The notes under the pieces are model-generated. The model was given only the letters and a program-made list of their open reading frames with translations. It searched no databases and had not been told where the DNA came from. Below, piece after piece: positions 24,246 to 33,786 of a DNA stretch of 47,482 bases. The translations under genes were made by a program, and so were the position numbers. The stretch comes from Patescibacteria group bacterium (GTDB lineage: Bacteria; Patescibacteriota; Patescibacteriia; UBA9629). Location of the stretch: the NCBI GenBank assembly GCA_038078695.1, contig JBBTVS010000012.1, positions 1 to 47,482 of the forward strand, read 5' to 3'. How positions within the stretch are numbered: the first letter of the stretch is position 1; every line of letters begins with the position of its first letter.

Positions 24246-24810
24246 TCACTAATCTCCTTTTTAATAATCCCTGCCGCCTCCTCTACTGCCTCATTCAATT
24301 TCCCTTCTCTATTAACCACTACATAATCATACTTCCTCGCCTCTTTAAATTCTCTTTTAGCGTCATCTAATCTTATTTTAACTTCTCTTGAATTAAACCA
24401 TGCTTTCTGCATCCGCGATTTTAAATCATCTAAAGACGCTGGTTTAACAAATATAAAAACTGTTTGAGATTTAAGCTGTTTTCTAATCTGTTCTGCTCCT
24501 TGAACATCAATAGTCCAAATAATATTCTTGCCTTTATTTTTAATCCTGTCTATTTCTAAAGCTGGAGTGCCAAAATATTCGTTGCCCCGCAAAATCGCCC
24601 ATTCTAAAAAATAGCCCTGTTTGATGCGCTTTTTAAACTCATCATGACTAAAAAATAATAATCTCGTCCTTGTACTTCTTTATTTCTTGGCTGCCTCGTA
24701 GTTGCCGTAATCGCTCTTTCTAAATTTAATTCTTGCTTATTTAATAATCCGTCAATAATCGCGTTTTTGCCTGATCTCGAAGGCCCGGAGATGATAAAAA
24801 TTTTTGGCAT
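24233..24810 (-). pseudogene. gmk: Guanylate kinase interrupted by a 1-nt frameshift at a homopolymer (A6 on plus strand, 24650-24655)
   Basis: N-ORF: GPSRSGKNAI, TTRQPRNKEVQGRDYYF. Shifting frame at the T6 run in the coding sense continues as (F)SHDEFKKRIKQGYFLEWAILRGNEYFGTP...IWTIDVQGA, which joins ORF 24233..24592. Confidence 0.8.
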
Positions 24811-24819
24811 TTTTGATTG

Positions 24820-25554
24820 TTAAAATTTGGCGTCTAAATATAGTGTGTCTAAAAACTTCCTCAATTCTTCCGGCAAAGCTGACCTATATTCCTGCCATTC
24901 TCGGTTTAAATCATAAAAGCCTAATCTATGCGAATGTAAAAATAGCCTATCAGACTTTACAAATTTAGTAAAGGCTTTGCGCTTTCTGTCGCGCGAATGG
25001 CAATATTTTTGATCGCCGACTATAGAATGCCCGTAATTAGCAAAATGCGCCCTAATCTGATGCGTGCGCCCGGTTTCAATTCTTACTTTTATTAAAGTAT
25101 AATGCTGAAACCTCTCCAAAACCTCAAATTGCGTCACAGCTTTTTTGATATTAGATTTTTGATTCTCTTTGCCGCGCGGCTTAACTTTTGTTCTGCCGGC
25201 ACCTTTATTTAAAGGCAGGCTAATCTCTCCTTCTTCTTTTTTGATTTGACCGTAAACTAGGCTCAAATACTCTTTTAGAACTTTCCTTTGCTGAAATTGA
25301 CTCTTTAGCCAGATGAAACTTTCTTGATTTCGCGCTATGACCATTAGCCCTGACGCTTCTTTATCTAACCGATGGACGATTCCAGGCCGCAGTTTTACCT
25401 CGTCTCCAACATTTTTAACTTCCGGATAATTTTTAATTAACCAATCAACTAATGTCGGCTCTTGATAACCCAACCGCGGTAAGTGAACTATTAAACCGGC
25501 GGGTTTGTTGATGATCAAATAATCTTTTTCTGCAGCAATAAGTTGAGGAATCAT
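24820..25554 (-). CDS. RluA-family 23S rRNA/tRNA pseudouridine synthase (no S4 domain)
   Basis: DYLIINKPAGLIVH, HRLDKEASGLMVIA and GRTHQIRAHF. Start set to ATG 25554 (MIPQLIAAEKDY). Confidence 0.85.
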   Translation of the reverse strand: MIPQLIAAEKDYLIINKPAGLIVHLPRLGYQEPTLVDWLIKNYPEVKNVGDEVKLRPGIVHRLDKEASGLMVIARNQESFIWLKSQFQQRKVLKEYLSLVYGQIKKEEGEISLPLNKGAGRTKVKPRGKENQKSNIKKAVTQFEVLERFQHYTLIKVRIETGRTHQIRAHFANYGHSIVGDQKYCHSRDRKRKAFTKFVKSDRLFLHSHRLGFYDLNREWQEYRSALPEELRKFLDTLYLDAKF

Positions 25555-25561
25555 GGCTATA

Positions 25562-26011
25562 TTATTTGCCAGCTTGAACATCTTTATTTTCTTTATAAAT
25601 CTTTGCGATTATCACACCTAAAATTAAATAGTTGACTAAGCCTATAACAATCCAATAAAGGACTACTGCCGTGGCTACGGTCATAAACATATAAGTACTA
25701 AACATTCCTGGCAAAGTTCCTACTAACCAAAGAGCAAGCCCGTAATTCAGCCCTTTTTTAATGCCTGCACCCGGAATGCCTGCTTTAAGCCAAGCATACG
25801 CGCCGGCTAAAATGACGCCTATAACAATATTGCCAATAGTCATTATTGCTATTTGACTGCCGCTAAAACCGCTCTGCCCTGTAAACTTCCAGACATTAGT
25901 TGGTTCAATGAGATAAATCCCTTTGAATAGCCAGCCGCATGTTAAAGTGCCAAAAATAATATGAACAATGCCGGCTGCACTACCAGCAAGCATTATTTTT
26001 TTATAATTCAT
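25562..26011 (-). CDS. Hypothetical membrane protein (about 4 TM)
   Basis: 149 aa with four hydrophobic segments. Strong SD GGAGG (plus-strand cctcc 26021-26025) 9 nt upstream of the ATG. Confidence 0.55.
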   Translation of the reverse strand: MNYKKIMLAGSAAGIVHIIFGTLTCGWLFKGIYLIEPTNVWKFTGQSGFSGSQIAIMTIGNIVIGVILAGAYAWLKAGIPGAGIKKGLNYGLALWLVGTLPGMFSTYMFMTVATAVVLYWIVIGLVNYLILGVIIAKIYKENKDVQAGK

Positions 26012-26030
26012 ATCTACTCACCTCCTTTCC

Positions 26031-26058
26031 AAAATTGAAAATTGAAAATTGAAAATTT
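26031..26058. repeat. Tandem heptamer array (aaaattg x3 + aaaattt)
   Basis: aaaattgaaaattgaaaattgaaaattt lies between the gdh stop and the SD of the downstream gene. Confidence 0.9.
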
Positions 26059-27294
26059 CTAAGTTCTCCCCCTCGCCTTCATCGCCTCTACGATTCTTTT
26101 GACCGCAATCACAAACGCGGCTGTGCGCAGATCAATATTTTTTTCTTTTGACATCTGCCAAACAGCTTCAAAAGAATTAACCATAATCGGGTGTAATCGT
26201 TCCAGAACTGTCTTTTCATCCCAATAAAATCCAGTTTGATTCTGCACCCATTCAAAATACGATACGGTAACGCCGCCAGCATTGGCTAAAACATCCGGCA
26301 CTACTGTAATATTTTTTTGACGAAGAATCTTATCTGCTTCGGTTGTTGTCGGGCCATTGGCTAATTCTAAAATTACTTTAGCTTTAATTTGATCAGCATT
26401 TTCGGCTGTAATCACATCTTCCAAAGCCGCCGGCACTAAAATATCGCATCTTTTAATCAATAATTCCTCATTGCTGATTTTATCGCCTTGACTATATTGG
26501 CTGATTGTTTTGCCTTGCTTTTTAAATTCCATCACTTGGGAAGGATCAAAGCCGTCTTGGCTGTAAATCGCCCCGCTTGAATCAGAAAACCCGACAATTT
26601 TATAACCTCCTTCACGCGCAAGCAATGCGAAATGACCGCCGACATTGCCAAAACCCTGAATGATTATTGACGTATGCGCCGGAATTAAATTCATCTTTTT
26701 AGCTAATTCTTCTAAAACATAAAATCCGCCTTGTCCGGTAGCCGGTTCGCGGCCCTTGGAACCGCCATATACAAGCGGTTTTCCGGTAATCACTCCTAAA
26801 TCATTTTGTCCAGTGAGTTTGCAATATTCATCAACCATCCAAGCCATAATCTGCTGAGTGGTGTTAACATCTGGAGCAGGCACATCTTTTTGAGATCCGA
26901 TAAACTCTTTTATGCCCCCAATAAAAGCGCGGGACAGTCTTTGCAGTTCTGATTCTGACAATGCAGATGGATCAATTATAATACCGCCCTTGGCGCCGCC
27001 AAAAGGAATGTCAACAACAGCGGTTTTAATGGACATCCAAAAAGCTAAAGCCTTGATTTCATCTAAATTAACATCTGGATGAAAACGCAAGCCCCCTTTA
27101 AAAGGGCCGCGCGCGTCATTGTGCTGAACGCGAAAACCAGTATAATGTTCAATCTTTCCATCGTCCCGGAGCAAGGAAATATTGATTTCTACAACCTTTT
27201 GCGGCAGAGACAAGGCTATAACATCTGCTTTGTCTAAATTTAAAATTTCCGCCGCGGCTTCCAATTGTTTTAAAGCGTTTTGGAAAAGAGACAT
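26059..27294 (-). CDS. gdh: Glutamate dehydrogenase (Glu/Leu/Phe/Val dehydrogenase family)
   Basis: GPFKGGLRFHP, IPFGGAKGGI and GFGNVGGHFA (Rossmann). Start set to ATG 27294 (MSLFQNAL) because the upstream extension lies in the repeat element. Confidence 0.9.
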   Translation of the reverse strand: MSLFQNALKQLEAAAEILNLDKADVIALSLPQKVVEINISLLRDDGKIEHYTGFRVQHNDARGPFKGGLRFHPDVNLDEIKALAFWMSIKTAVVDIPFGGAKGGIIIDPSALSESELQRLSRAFIGGIKEFIGSQKDVPAPDVNTTQQIMAWMVDEYCKLTGQNDLGVITGKPLVYGGSKGREPATGQGGFYVLEELAKKMNLIPAHTSIIIQGFGNVGGHFALLAREGGYKIVGFSDSSGAIYSQDGFDPSQVMEFKKQGKTISQYSQGDKISNEELLIKRCDILVPAALEDVITAENADQIKAKVILELANGPTTTEADKILRQKNITVVPDVLANAGGVTVSYFEWVQNQTGFYWDEKTVLERLHPIMVNSFEAVWQMSKEKNIDLRTAAFVIAVKRIVEAMKARGRT

Positions 27295-27295
27295 G

Positions 27296-27447
27296 AAAAT
27301 AATGTCAAATGTCAAATCTCAAATGTCAAATCTACATCTCAAATTTTAAATTTATTTAGATTTAAGTTTTAAGTTGCAGTTTTTCCGCCAGAGGCGGACC
27401 AGCCTTTGGCTGGGAGCTTTAAGCTTTGAGCTTTGAGCTTTAATCAC
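27296..27447. repeat. Composite repeat spacer: aatgtca-type heptamers, GC hairpins TCCGCC-aga-GGCGGA (27384-27398) and CCAGCC-ttt-GGCTGG (27399-27413), then agctttN heptamers
   Basis: aatgtcaaatgtcaaatctcaaatgtcaaatctacatctcaaatt...ttccgccagaggcggaccagcctttggctgggagctttaagctttgagctttgagcttta. Fills the trxA-gdh spacer. Confidence 0.85.
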
Positions 27448-27761
27448 ATATACTTCTCTATCTTCTCCATCAAATCATCTTTTTGATGCACACCGACCAT
27501 TTGTTCGCGAAGTTCTCCATCTTTAAAAATGGCTAAAGTGGGAATGGAAACAACATTATATTGCTGGGCCAATTCTTGATTTTCATCAATATTTATTTTG
27601 GCGACCTTAACTGGTTTATCTTTGATTTCTTCTGTCAACTCTTCTAAAATCGGCATCTGCATTTTGCAAGGTCCGCACCATGGCGCCCAAAAATCAATCA
27701 ATGCTATGGTTTTTGATTTAATAACTTCATCTTCAAAATTTTCTTGAGTTAATTCAAGCAT
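27444..27761 (-). CDS. trxA: Thioredoxin
   Basis: FWAPWCGPCK active site, 105 aa, with IPTLAIFKDGE. Confidence 0.95.
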   Translation of the reverse strand: MLELTQENFEDEVIKSKTIALIDFWAPWCGPCKMQMPILEELTEEIKDKPVKVAKINIDENQELAQQYNVVSIPTLAIFKDGELREQMVGVHQKDDLMEKIEKYM

Positions 27762-27855
27762 AAAAACAGTAATATTGTTACACTATTAAATAAACAATAT
27801 AACAATATAACAATTATTTCTATCTATCATAACTCAAAATTTCTCTTCCGTCAAT

Positions 27856-27884
27856 TTGACGAAAATCACTAAACCTGCTACTGT
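27856..27884 (+). promoter_or_regulatory. Candidate promoter of secG (-35 TTGACG, 17-bp spacer, -10 TACTGT)
   Basis: ttgacg at 27856-27861 and tactgt at 27879-27884. Only 6 nt (aaataa, no SD) lie before ATG 27891. Weak -10. Confidence 0.3.
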
Positions 27885-27890
27885 AAATAA

Positions 27891-28109
27891 ATGCTTAATA
27901 TAATCCAAATTATTCTAGGCTTAACTTTAATTACAGCTATTCTCTTGCAAGCCAAAGGCGCTGGACTTTCTGGAATTTTCGGCGGAGAAGGCAATATTTA
28001 TCGCACCAAGCGAGGAGCAGAAAAAACTTTATTCCTTTTTACTATTATTAATTCAGTACTTTTTTTTAGCGCAGCTCTATTCAATGTAATCCTCGGTGCA
28101 AAACTCTAA
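27891..28109 (+). CDS. secG: Preprotein translocase subunit SecG
   Basis: 72 aa, two TM segments, ILLQAKGAGLSGIFGG motif. Confidence 0.85.
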   Translation: MLNIIQIILGLTLITAILLQAKGAGLSGIFGGEGNIYRTKRGAEKTLFLFTIINSVLFFSAALFNVILGAKL

Positions 28110-29841
28110 TAAGGAAAATCGAAAAATTATTAGTTCGATCCTAAAACATCATCAAGACGGCGGGACATCACCGGTAATTTCTTCTCTAAAGAAGAAACTC
28201 TTATATTTTAAAAAAAGCAAACTAATATCCAAAATATTGACCAAAAAAGAACGGACCATCGTTAAATTGTTAATTACAACCATAATCGCGGCTACAGTGA
28301 TTTTATCTATTAATTGGTATCTTAAAAACTCCATTATAATGCCTGACATCGGCGGAGAATATATAGAAGGCATTATCGGCTCCCCGAGTTTAATCAATCC
28401 AATCTTAGCTCAAAACTATGAAGTTGATAAAGACATCGCCAAACTGCTCTTTAACGGTCTGTTAAAACAAGGAAAGAATGCTATAACTAATGATTTATCC
28501 GCTTCTTACTCGCTCTCCAAAGACCAATTAACTTATACTTTCCAATTAAAACAGGATGTTTATTGGCATGACGGATCGCCTTTTACGGCTGATGATGTAA
28601 TATTTACCGTACAAAGCATTCAAAATTTAGAATTTAAAAGCCCTCTTTACAATAGCCTTAAAGGCGTTTTGATACAAAAGATAGATAATCAAACAGTAAA
28701 ATTTAAATTATCAGAGCCGTTCTCGCCGTTTTTATCTCTTCTTACCTTCGGTATTCTGCCAAAGCATCTTTGGGAAGATATACCTCCCACCACGGCTCAT
28801 TTGGCAGATTTAAACATTAAAAATCCAATAGGCACAGGGCCATTTAAAATCAAAAGTTTTAAAAAAGACAGCAGAGGAGTAATAAAAAATTATACATTAA
28901 CCAGAAATGAAGACTATTATAATCAGCCGCCAAAAATTAAAACCATCATCTTAAAATTTTATCCTGATTTTCTAAGCGCAGTGGAAGCCTTAAATAATAA
29001 TAATATTGATAGCATTAGCTATTTGCCTAACAAATATCAAGCAGAAATAACTAATAAAAATACCGGCATCAAATCTTTATCTTTGCCGCAATATACGGCA
29101 ATATTTTTCAATCAACAAAACAATGAAGCATTAAAAGATCTAAAAATCCGCCAAGCTTTAATCCTTGCTTTAAATCGTCAAGAATTAGTAAGCCAAGCCT
29201 TAGAAAATCAGGGCAAAGTAATCTATGGGCCTATTCTGCCTGGCTTTATCGGATTTAACGCCGATATTAAAAAATTCGATTTTGACCCTGACGAAGCGCG
29301 AAAATTAATTGAATCAAGCGAATGGAAGCGGCTAAGTATAATATTAACTACCGTGGACAACCAGGAAACTGTAGAAGCGGCTTCTTTAATTAAGAAACAA
29401 TGGGAACAAGCCGGCATTAAAGTGGATTTAAATATTGTAAGCCGAGATCAGTTAATGCCGGAAATTATTAAACCGCGCATGTACCAAGCTTTGCTTCTTG
29501 GCCAAAATATCGGCAATGATCCAGATCCTTACGCTTTTTGGCATTCATCGCAAATTAACGATCCAGGCGTAAATCTATCTATGTACTCTAATAAAAAAGT
29601 TGACGCCTTGCTTGAAGAAGCTAGAAAAACATCTGACATTAAAGAAAGGGGTGAAAAGTACATTGAATTTCAAAATATTATTCAAGAAGATCTTCCTGCG
29701 CTCTTTTTATACACTCCTACTTATCCTTACATCCTGAATAATCGAGTAAAAAATTTTAATGTAAAAAAAATTTCTATCCCTGCGGACAGATTTAATGGAA
29801 TTGAGCAGTGGTATATTGAAACTAAGAGAGTTTTCGAATAA
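28096..29841 (+). CDS. ABC-transporter family-5 (peptide/nickel, OppA/DppA-like) substrate-binding protein with N-terminal TM anchor
   Basis: TM helix LLITTIIAATVILSINWYL. LTYTFQLKQDVYWHDGSPFTADDV, YTLTRNEDYY and DPYAFWHSS are typical of SBP family 5. GTG start at 28096 overlaps secG by 14 nt. No permease or ATPase genes nearby. Confidence 0.7.
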   Translation: MQNSNKENRKIISSILKHHQDGGTSPVISSLKKKLLYFKKSKLISKILTKKERTIVKLLITTIIAATVILSINWYLKNSIIMPDIGGEYIEGIIGSPSLINPILAQNYEVDKDIAKLLFNGLLKQGKNAITNDLSASYSLSKDQLTYTFQLKQDVYWHDGSPFTADDVIFTVQSIQNLEFKSPLYNSLKGVLIQKIDNQTVKFKLSEPFSPFLSLLTFGILPKHLWEDIPPTTAHLADLNIKNPIGTGPFKIKSFKKDSRGVIKNYTLTRNEDYYNQPPKIKTIILKFYPDFLSAVEALNNNNIDSISYLPNKYQAEITNKNTGIKSLSLPQYTAIFFNQQNNEALKDLKIRQALILALNRQELVSQALENQGKVIYGPILPGFIGFNADIKKFDFDPDEARKLIESSEWKRLSIILTTVDNQETVEAASLIKKQWEQAGIKVDLNIVSRDQLMPEIIKPRMYQALLLGQNIGNDPDPYAFWHSSQINDPGVNLSMYSNKKVDALLEEARKTSDIKERGEKYIEFQNIIQEDLPALFLYTPTYPYILNNRVKNFNVKKISIPADRFNGIEQWYIETKRVFE

Positions 29842-29849
29842 ATTTTTCA

Positions 29850-29936
29850 GCCCTCGTGGCGGAACTGGCAGACGCGCATGGTTCAGGGCCATGTCCCGTT
29901 TTCGGGGTAGAGGTTCAACTCCTCTCGAGGGCACCA
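29850..29936 (+). tRNA. tRNA-Leu (anticodon CAG), long variable arm
   Basis: GCCCTCGTGGCGGAACTGGCAGACGCGCATGGTTCAGGGCCATGTCCCGTTTTCGGGGTAGAGGTTCAACTCCTCTCGAGGGCACCA. Anticodon loop TTCAGGG, encoded CCA. Confidence 0.9.
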
Positions 29937-29949
29937 GCGAACTTTTAAT

Positions 29950-31728
29950 ATGACAACGATACAATCAAATAAACCAAAAATTGCCAATCAAACATACATT
30001 GGCAAAAAACTTAAAATTATCCCTTTATCCGGCCTAGAAGAAGTTGGTAAAAATTGCACTGTCATCGAATATGGCGATGACATAATTGTAATTGATTTAG
30101 GGTTGATGTTTCCTAACGAAGAAATGCCGGGCGTTGATTATGTAGTGCCGGATATTTCGTATCTGCAGAAAAACAAACATAAAATCAAAGGAATCATTAT
30201 AACTCACGGCCACATGGATCACACCGGCGCCATTCCGTATCTAATTAAAAAAATTGATTTTCCGACTGTTTACGCAATGCAATTAACCGCGGAAATGATT
30301 AAAAGCCGTCTCCAAGAATTTAAAATGGAAAAACAAGTATTTATTAAAACCGTCTCCCAAGATGATCAAATCAGCTTAGGAGCTTTTGATGTTTCTTTTT
30401 TCCGCGTTAACCATAATATTCCAGATTCTATGGGAATAGGAATCAAAACCCCTTTAGGATATATCATTCATACAGGCGATTATAAGTTTGATCATACCCC
30501 GGTTGATCAAGAGCCTACTGAATTTCATAAAATCGCCAAAATGGGCGGCGCAGGAGTGCTGGCATTACTGGCTGATTCCACTAATTCGGAGCATGAAGGT
30601 TTTGCCGTGTCAGAAAAAAAAATCGGCGAAAATATTAACGAACTATTTGGACAAGCAAAAGGACGTCTAATTTTTAGCACTTTCGCTTCTTTGATATCGC
30701 GCCAGCAGCAGATGATTAACTCCGCTATCGTTCATAATCGCAAAGTGGCTTTTTCCGGCTATTCTTTAGAAAAAAACATAGAAATAGCGGTTAGATTAGG
30801 GTATTTAAAAGTCCCGGTAGATACCTTTGTGTCCGTAAAAAATATTAATAATTATCCTGATAATAAAATAACTGTAATCTGCACAGGAGCGCAGGGACAG
30901 GAAAGCTCTGCCTTAGGCCGCATATCCAAAGGCGAACATAGGGATATCCGCGTTAAAAAAGGAGATTTAATTGTCTTGTCCTCCTCTCCTATTCCAGGCA
31001 ACGAACGTTCAGTGCAGAATTTAATGGATTCATTGTTTAGATTAGGGGCTCGCGTAGTTTACAATAAAATATTAGGCGTACACGTATCAGGCCACGCGTA
31101 TCAAGAAGAGCAAAAAATTATGCTATCTTTGGCCAAGCCGCGCTATTTTATACCTGTCCACGGCCAGAGGTATATGCTGGAGCAGCAAGCGCAGACTGTG
31201 CGAGAATTGGGCATGCCGGAAGAAAATATTATGATAATGAGCAATGGCCAAATTGCCGAATTTATTAAAGATACTAATCCTGCGACAATAGAAGCTGCTC
31301 TAAAAGATACCTTTACTAATCTTCGCATTCCGATCAAAGGACGCATTAGTAAAGAAAAATTGCCATCCAATTATGTAATGGTAGATGGTCTGGGCGTAGG
31401 CGATGTGGGCAATATCGTGTTGCGGGATCGGCAATTAATGAGCCAAGACGGCATGTTTGTGGTAATAGTAACGGTTGACAATAAAACTTTGGAATTAGTC
31501 GGCTCCCCGGACATTATCTCCCGCGGTTTTGTATATCTGCGCGAATCCAAAGGACTGCTCTTGGAAACCCGAAAAAAAGTAAGGGCAATAGTTAAAGATC
31601 ACACTTCTGTAGGGCATATCAAAAATTGGTCATCGCTTAAAACCGCCTTGCGCGATGAAATCGGCACATTTTTATTCCAAAAGACTGAAAGAAGACCAAT
31701 GATACTGCCAGTGGTGATTGAAGTGTAA
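29950..31728 (+). CDS. rnj: Ribonuclease J (metallo-beta-lactamase / beta-CASP)
   Basis: IIPLSGLEEVGKNCTVIEYGDDIIVIDLG, ITHGHMDHTGAIPY, HTGDYKFD and VHVSGHAYQEE. Confidence 0.9.
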   Translation: MTTIQSNKPKIANQTYIGKKLKIIPLSGLEEVGKNCTVIEYGDDIIVIDLGLMFPNEEMPGVDYVVPDISYLQKNKHKIKGIIITHGHMDHTGAIPYLIKKIDFPTVYAMQLTAEMIKSRLQEFKMEKQVFIKTVSQDDQISLGAFDVSFFRVNHNIPDSMGIGIKTPLGYIIHTGDYKFDHTPVDQEPTEFHKIAKMGGAGVLALLADSTNSEHEGFAVSEKKIGENINELFGQAKGRLIFSTFASLISRQQQMINSAIVHNRKVAFSGYSLEKNIEIAVRLGYLKVPVDTFVSVKNINNYPDNKITVICTGAQGQESSALGRISKGEHRDIRVKKGDLIVLSSSPIPGNERSVQNLMDSLFRLGARVVYNKILGVHVSGHAYQEEQKIMLSLAKPRYFIPVHGQRYMLEQQAQTVRELGMPEENIMIMSNGQIAEFIKDTNPATIEAALKDTFTNLRIPIKGRISKEKLPSNYVMVDGLGVGDVGNIVLRDRQLMSQDGMFVVIVTVDNKTLELVGSPDIISRGFVYLRESKGLLLETRKKVRAIVKDHTSVGHIKNWSSLKTALRDEIGTFLFQKTERRPMILPVVIEV

Positions 31729-31734
31729 TCTTTT

Positions 31735-31861
31735 TGAAATATCAAATGTCAAAATCCAAATGTCAAATCAATGTCAAATGTCAAATAATCAATATAACTA
31801 AAACTTTTTGACATTTGAAATTTGGATTTGATTTGAAATTTGACATTTGAAATTTGACATT
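31735..31861. repeat. Composite TTTGACA-type element: inverted heptamer-array arms (31743-31790 and 31806-31860)
   Basis: Left arm caaatgtcaaaatccaaatgtcaaatcaatgtcaaatgtcaaat. Right arm ttgacatttgaaatttggatttgatttgaaatttgacatttgaaatttgacat. Shares the 21-mer core with 24142-24162 and 22660-22680. Confidence 0.85.
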
Positions 31862-32845
31862 ATGAATACGATTCTCTCCGGCATGCGCCCGACAGGCAGT
31901 CTGCACATTGGCAACTATTTGGGCGCTTTAAAAAATTGGGTTGATTTGCAGAACTTGGGGCATTACAGATGCTTTTTTATGATTGCTGATCTGCACGCTA
32001 TGAGCGAAAAATTTGACGCTAAAAAATTGTCCAATCGCATCAAAAATTTAATTCTTGATTATTTAGCCTGCGGACTTGATCCAAATAAATCAACTACTTT
32101 TATCCAATCGCATATTCAGGAACATACGTATTTAAGCTGGATTTTTGCGACATTGACGCCGATTGCAGAACTTCAGCGCATGCATCAATTTAAAGAAAAA
32201 AAAAGCCAATACGACCAAATTAACGCAGGCCTTTTTACTTATCCAATTTTGATGGCCGCGGATATTTTAATCTATAAATCTGACACTGTGCCGGTAGGCG
32301 AGGACCAAACGCAGCATGTGGAAATAACCAGAGACATAGCCCGCAAATTTAACAATTGCTTCGGCGACACTTTTCCAGAGCCTAAAGTACTTCTGACGCC
32401 CACTCCGCGAGTAATGAGTTTAACCGAACCAACCGCTAAAATGAGCAAAAGCAAAGGCGAGAAAAATTATATTGCTTTGTCTGACGATGAGATTACGGTA
32501 CGCAAAAAAATAATGTCAGCGGTTACTGATGTCGGCGATAGCGGCGAAATGAGCCATGGAGTTGCAAACCTTTTTACTTTGCTTGATATTTTTGCTTCGG
32601 ATCGCAAAATTTATGATAATCTTAAAGCGGCGTATAATAGTCAAAATTTAAAATACCAAGAACTGAAAGAAATATTGGCGCAAGAAATTACTAAAATCTT
32701 AAAGCCAATTCAAGAAAAACGCGCAGAATTAGAAAAAAAGCCGGATCAAGTAGGCGAAATTTTATTTGAAGGGACAAAAAAAGCCCGCGCCATAGCGCAG
32801 GCGACTTTAGAAGAGGTGCGGGAGAGGACAGGGCTACTTATTTAA
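31862..32845 (+). CDS. trpS: Tryptophan--tRNA ligase
   Basis: SGMRPTGSLHIGNYLG (HIGH-type), VGEDQTQH and KMSKS. Start set to ATG 31862; the ORF-track TTG 31847 lies in the repeat. Confidence 0.95.
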   Translation: MNTILSGMRPTGSLHIGNYLGALKNWVDLQNLGHYRCFFMIADLHAMSEKFDAKKLSNRIKNLILDYLACGLDPNKSTTFIQSHIQEHTYLSWIFATLTPIAELQRMHQFKEKKSQYDQINAGLFTYPILMAADILIYKSDTVPVGEDQTQHVEITRDIARKFNNCFGDTFPEPKVLLTPTPRVMSLTEPTAKMSKSKGEKNYIALSDDEITVRKKIMSAVTDVGDSGEMSHGVANLFTLLDIFASDRKIYDNLKAAYNSQNLKYQELKEILAQEITKILKPIQEKRAELEKKPDQVGEILFEGTKKARAIAQATLEEVRERTGLLI

Positions 32846-33786
32846 TTCTTTGCCGCAACCTGTTCCAGCTTTCCAGCAGAGCCTAGCTTCTCGTTTTTGC
32901 GCGCGATAAACTTACCGTATTCTTCCATAAAAATTTTGCCCGGCTTTCTAAAATCAATGTTTTCCGGGTTTTCAATCAAGTGCTTGCGATGAACCGCTGT
33001 CCAAACCAAACGGCCGTCCGTATCAATATTAACTTTTACGACGCCCAAGGGCACGGCTTTTGCAAAATCGTTTTCATCAACGCCTTTGGTGCCTTCTAAT
33101 TTGCCGCCGTATTTATTGATGCGGTCAACCTCTTCTTGAGGCACGCTGGACGAGCCATGCATCACCAAAGGAAACCCTGGCAGGCGCTTTTGAATTTCAG
33201 CTATGCGATCAAAATGCAAGCCAAGGGAGCCTGTAAATTTATAAGCGCCATGGGAAGTGCCGATAGCCACAGCCAAAGAATCACAATCAGTGCGCTCAAC
33301 AAATTCTTTTGCCTGATTTGGATCAGTAAGATGCGCGTTTTGTTCATCAACCGCGATGTTTTCTTCCACTCCGCCAAGCTCGCCAAGCTCTGCTTCAACA
33401 GTAATATCTTTCTTGTGAGCGCGGCCAACAACGCGCTTGACGATCTCAATATTTTTTTCAAATTCCTCTGCGCTGGCGTCAATCATTATGGAGCTGTAAA
33501 AGCCGGAATCAATGCAATCACAGCATGTTTCTTCATCGCCGTGATCCAAGTGCACCGCAAAAACCGCCTCTGGAAATAACTTATCAGCGGCGCGGATTAT
33601 CGCCTCTAACATAGATTTGTCCGTATAGTCCCGCGCTCCTTTGGAAATTTGAATAATAAACGGCGCTTGGGAATCAAGACTGCCGCGGAACAATCCAATG
33701 CACTGCTCTAAATTATTGATATTATAAGCGCCAACGGCAAACTTTGAATAAGCGATTTTAAACAGCTGTTTAGTTGTTATGATCAT
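32842..33786 (-). CDS. fba: Fructose-bisphosphate aldolase, class II
   Basis: AVGAYNINNLEQ, APFIIQIS, VHLDHG, ELGELGG, AIGTSHGAYKF and LVMHGSS. Confidence 0.9.
   Translation of the reverse strand: MIITTKQLFKIAYSKFAVGAYNINNLEQCIGLFRGSLDSQAPFIIQISKGARDYTDKSMLEAIIRAADKLFPEAVFAVHLDHGDEETCCDCIDSGFYSSIMIDASAEEFEKNIEIVKRVVGRAHKKDITVEAELGELGGVEENIAVDEQNAHLTDPNQAKEFVERTDCDSLAVAIGTSHGAYKFTGSLGLHFDRIAEIQKRLPGFPLVMHGSSSVPQEEVDRINKYGGKLEGTKGVDENDFAKAVPLGVVKVNIDTDGRLVWTAVHRKHLIENPENIDFRKPGKIFMEEYGKFIARKNEKLGSAGKLEQVAAKN

Noticed and set aside
24144-24326. 60-aa plus-strand ORF starting MSNQCQ
   Set aside because: It is encoded entirely by the repeat element and the antisense of gmk. The MSNQCQ peptide recurs only because the same repeat DNA recurs, as in the tkt linker.
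28096-29841. Orphan substrate-binding protein as part of a novel transport system
   Set aside because: There is no permease or ATPase gene in the window. Membrane-anchored family-5 SBPs encoded away from their transporters are common, so nothing in the sequence itself is unusual beyond the GTG start overlapping secG.
29707-29964. 85-aa minus-strand ORF between the SBP gene and rnj
   Set aside because: It is antisense to tRNA-Leu(CAG) and to the conserved ends of two confident genes, and it has no protein-like features.
31735-31861. Possible CRISPR array in the repeat-rich spacers (also 24121-24245 and 27296-27447)
   Set aside because: The repeat units are 7 nt, degenerate and contiguous, and there are no 25-40-nt unique spacers. 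The architecture is inverted arms around a hairpin. No cas genes are present in the window.
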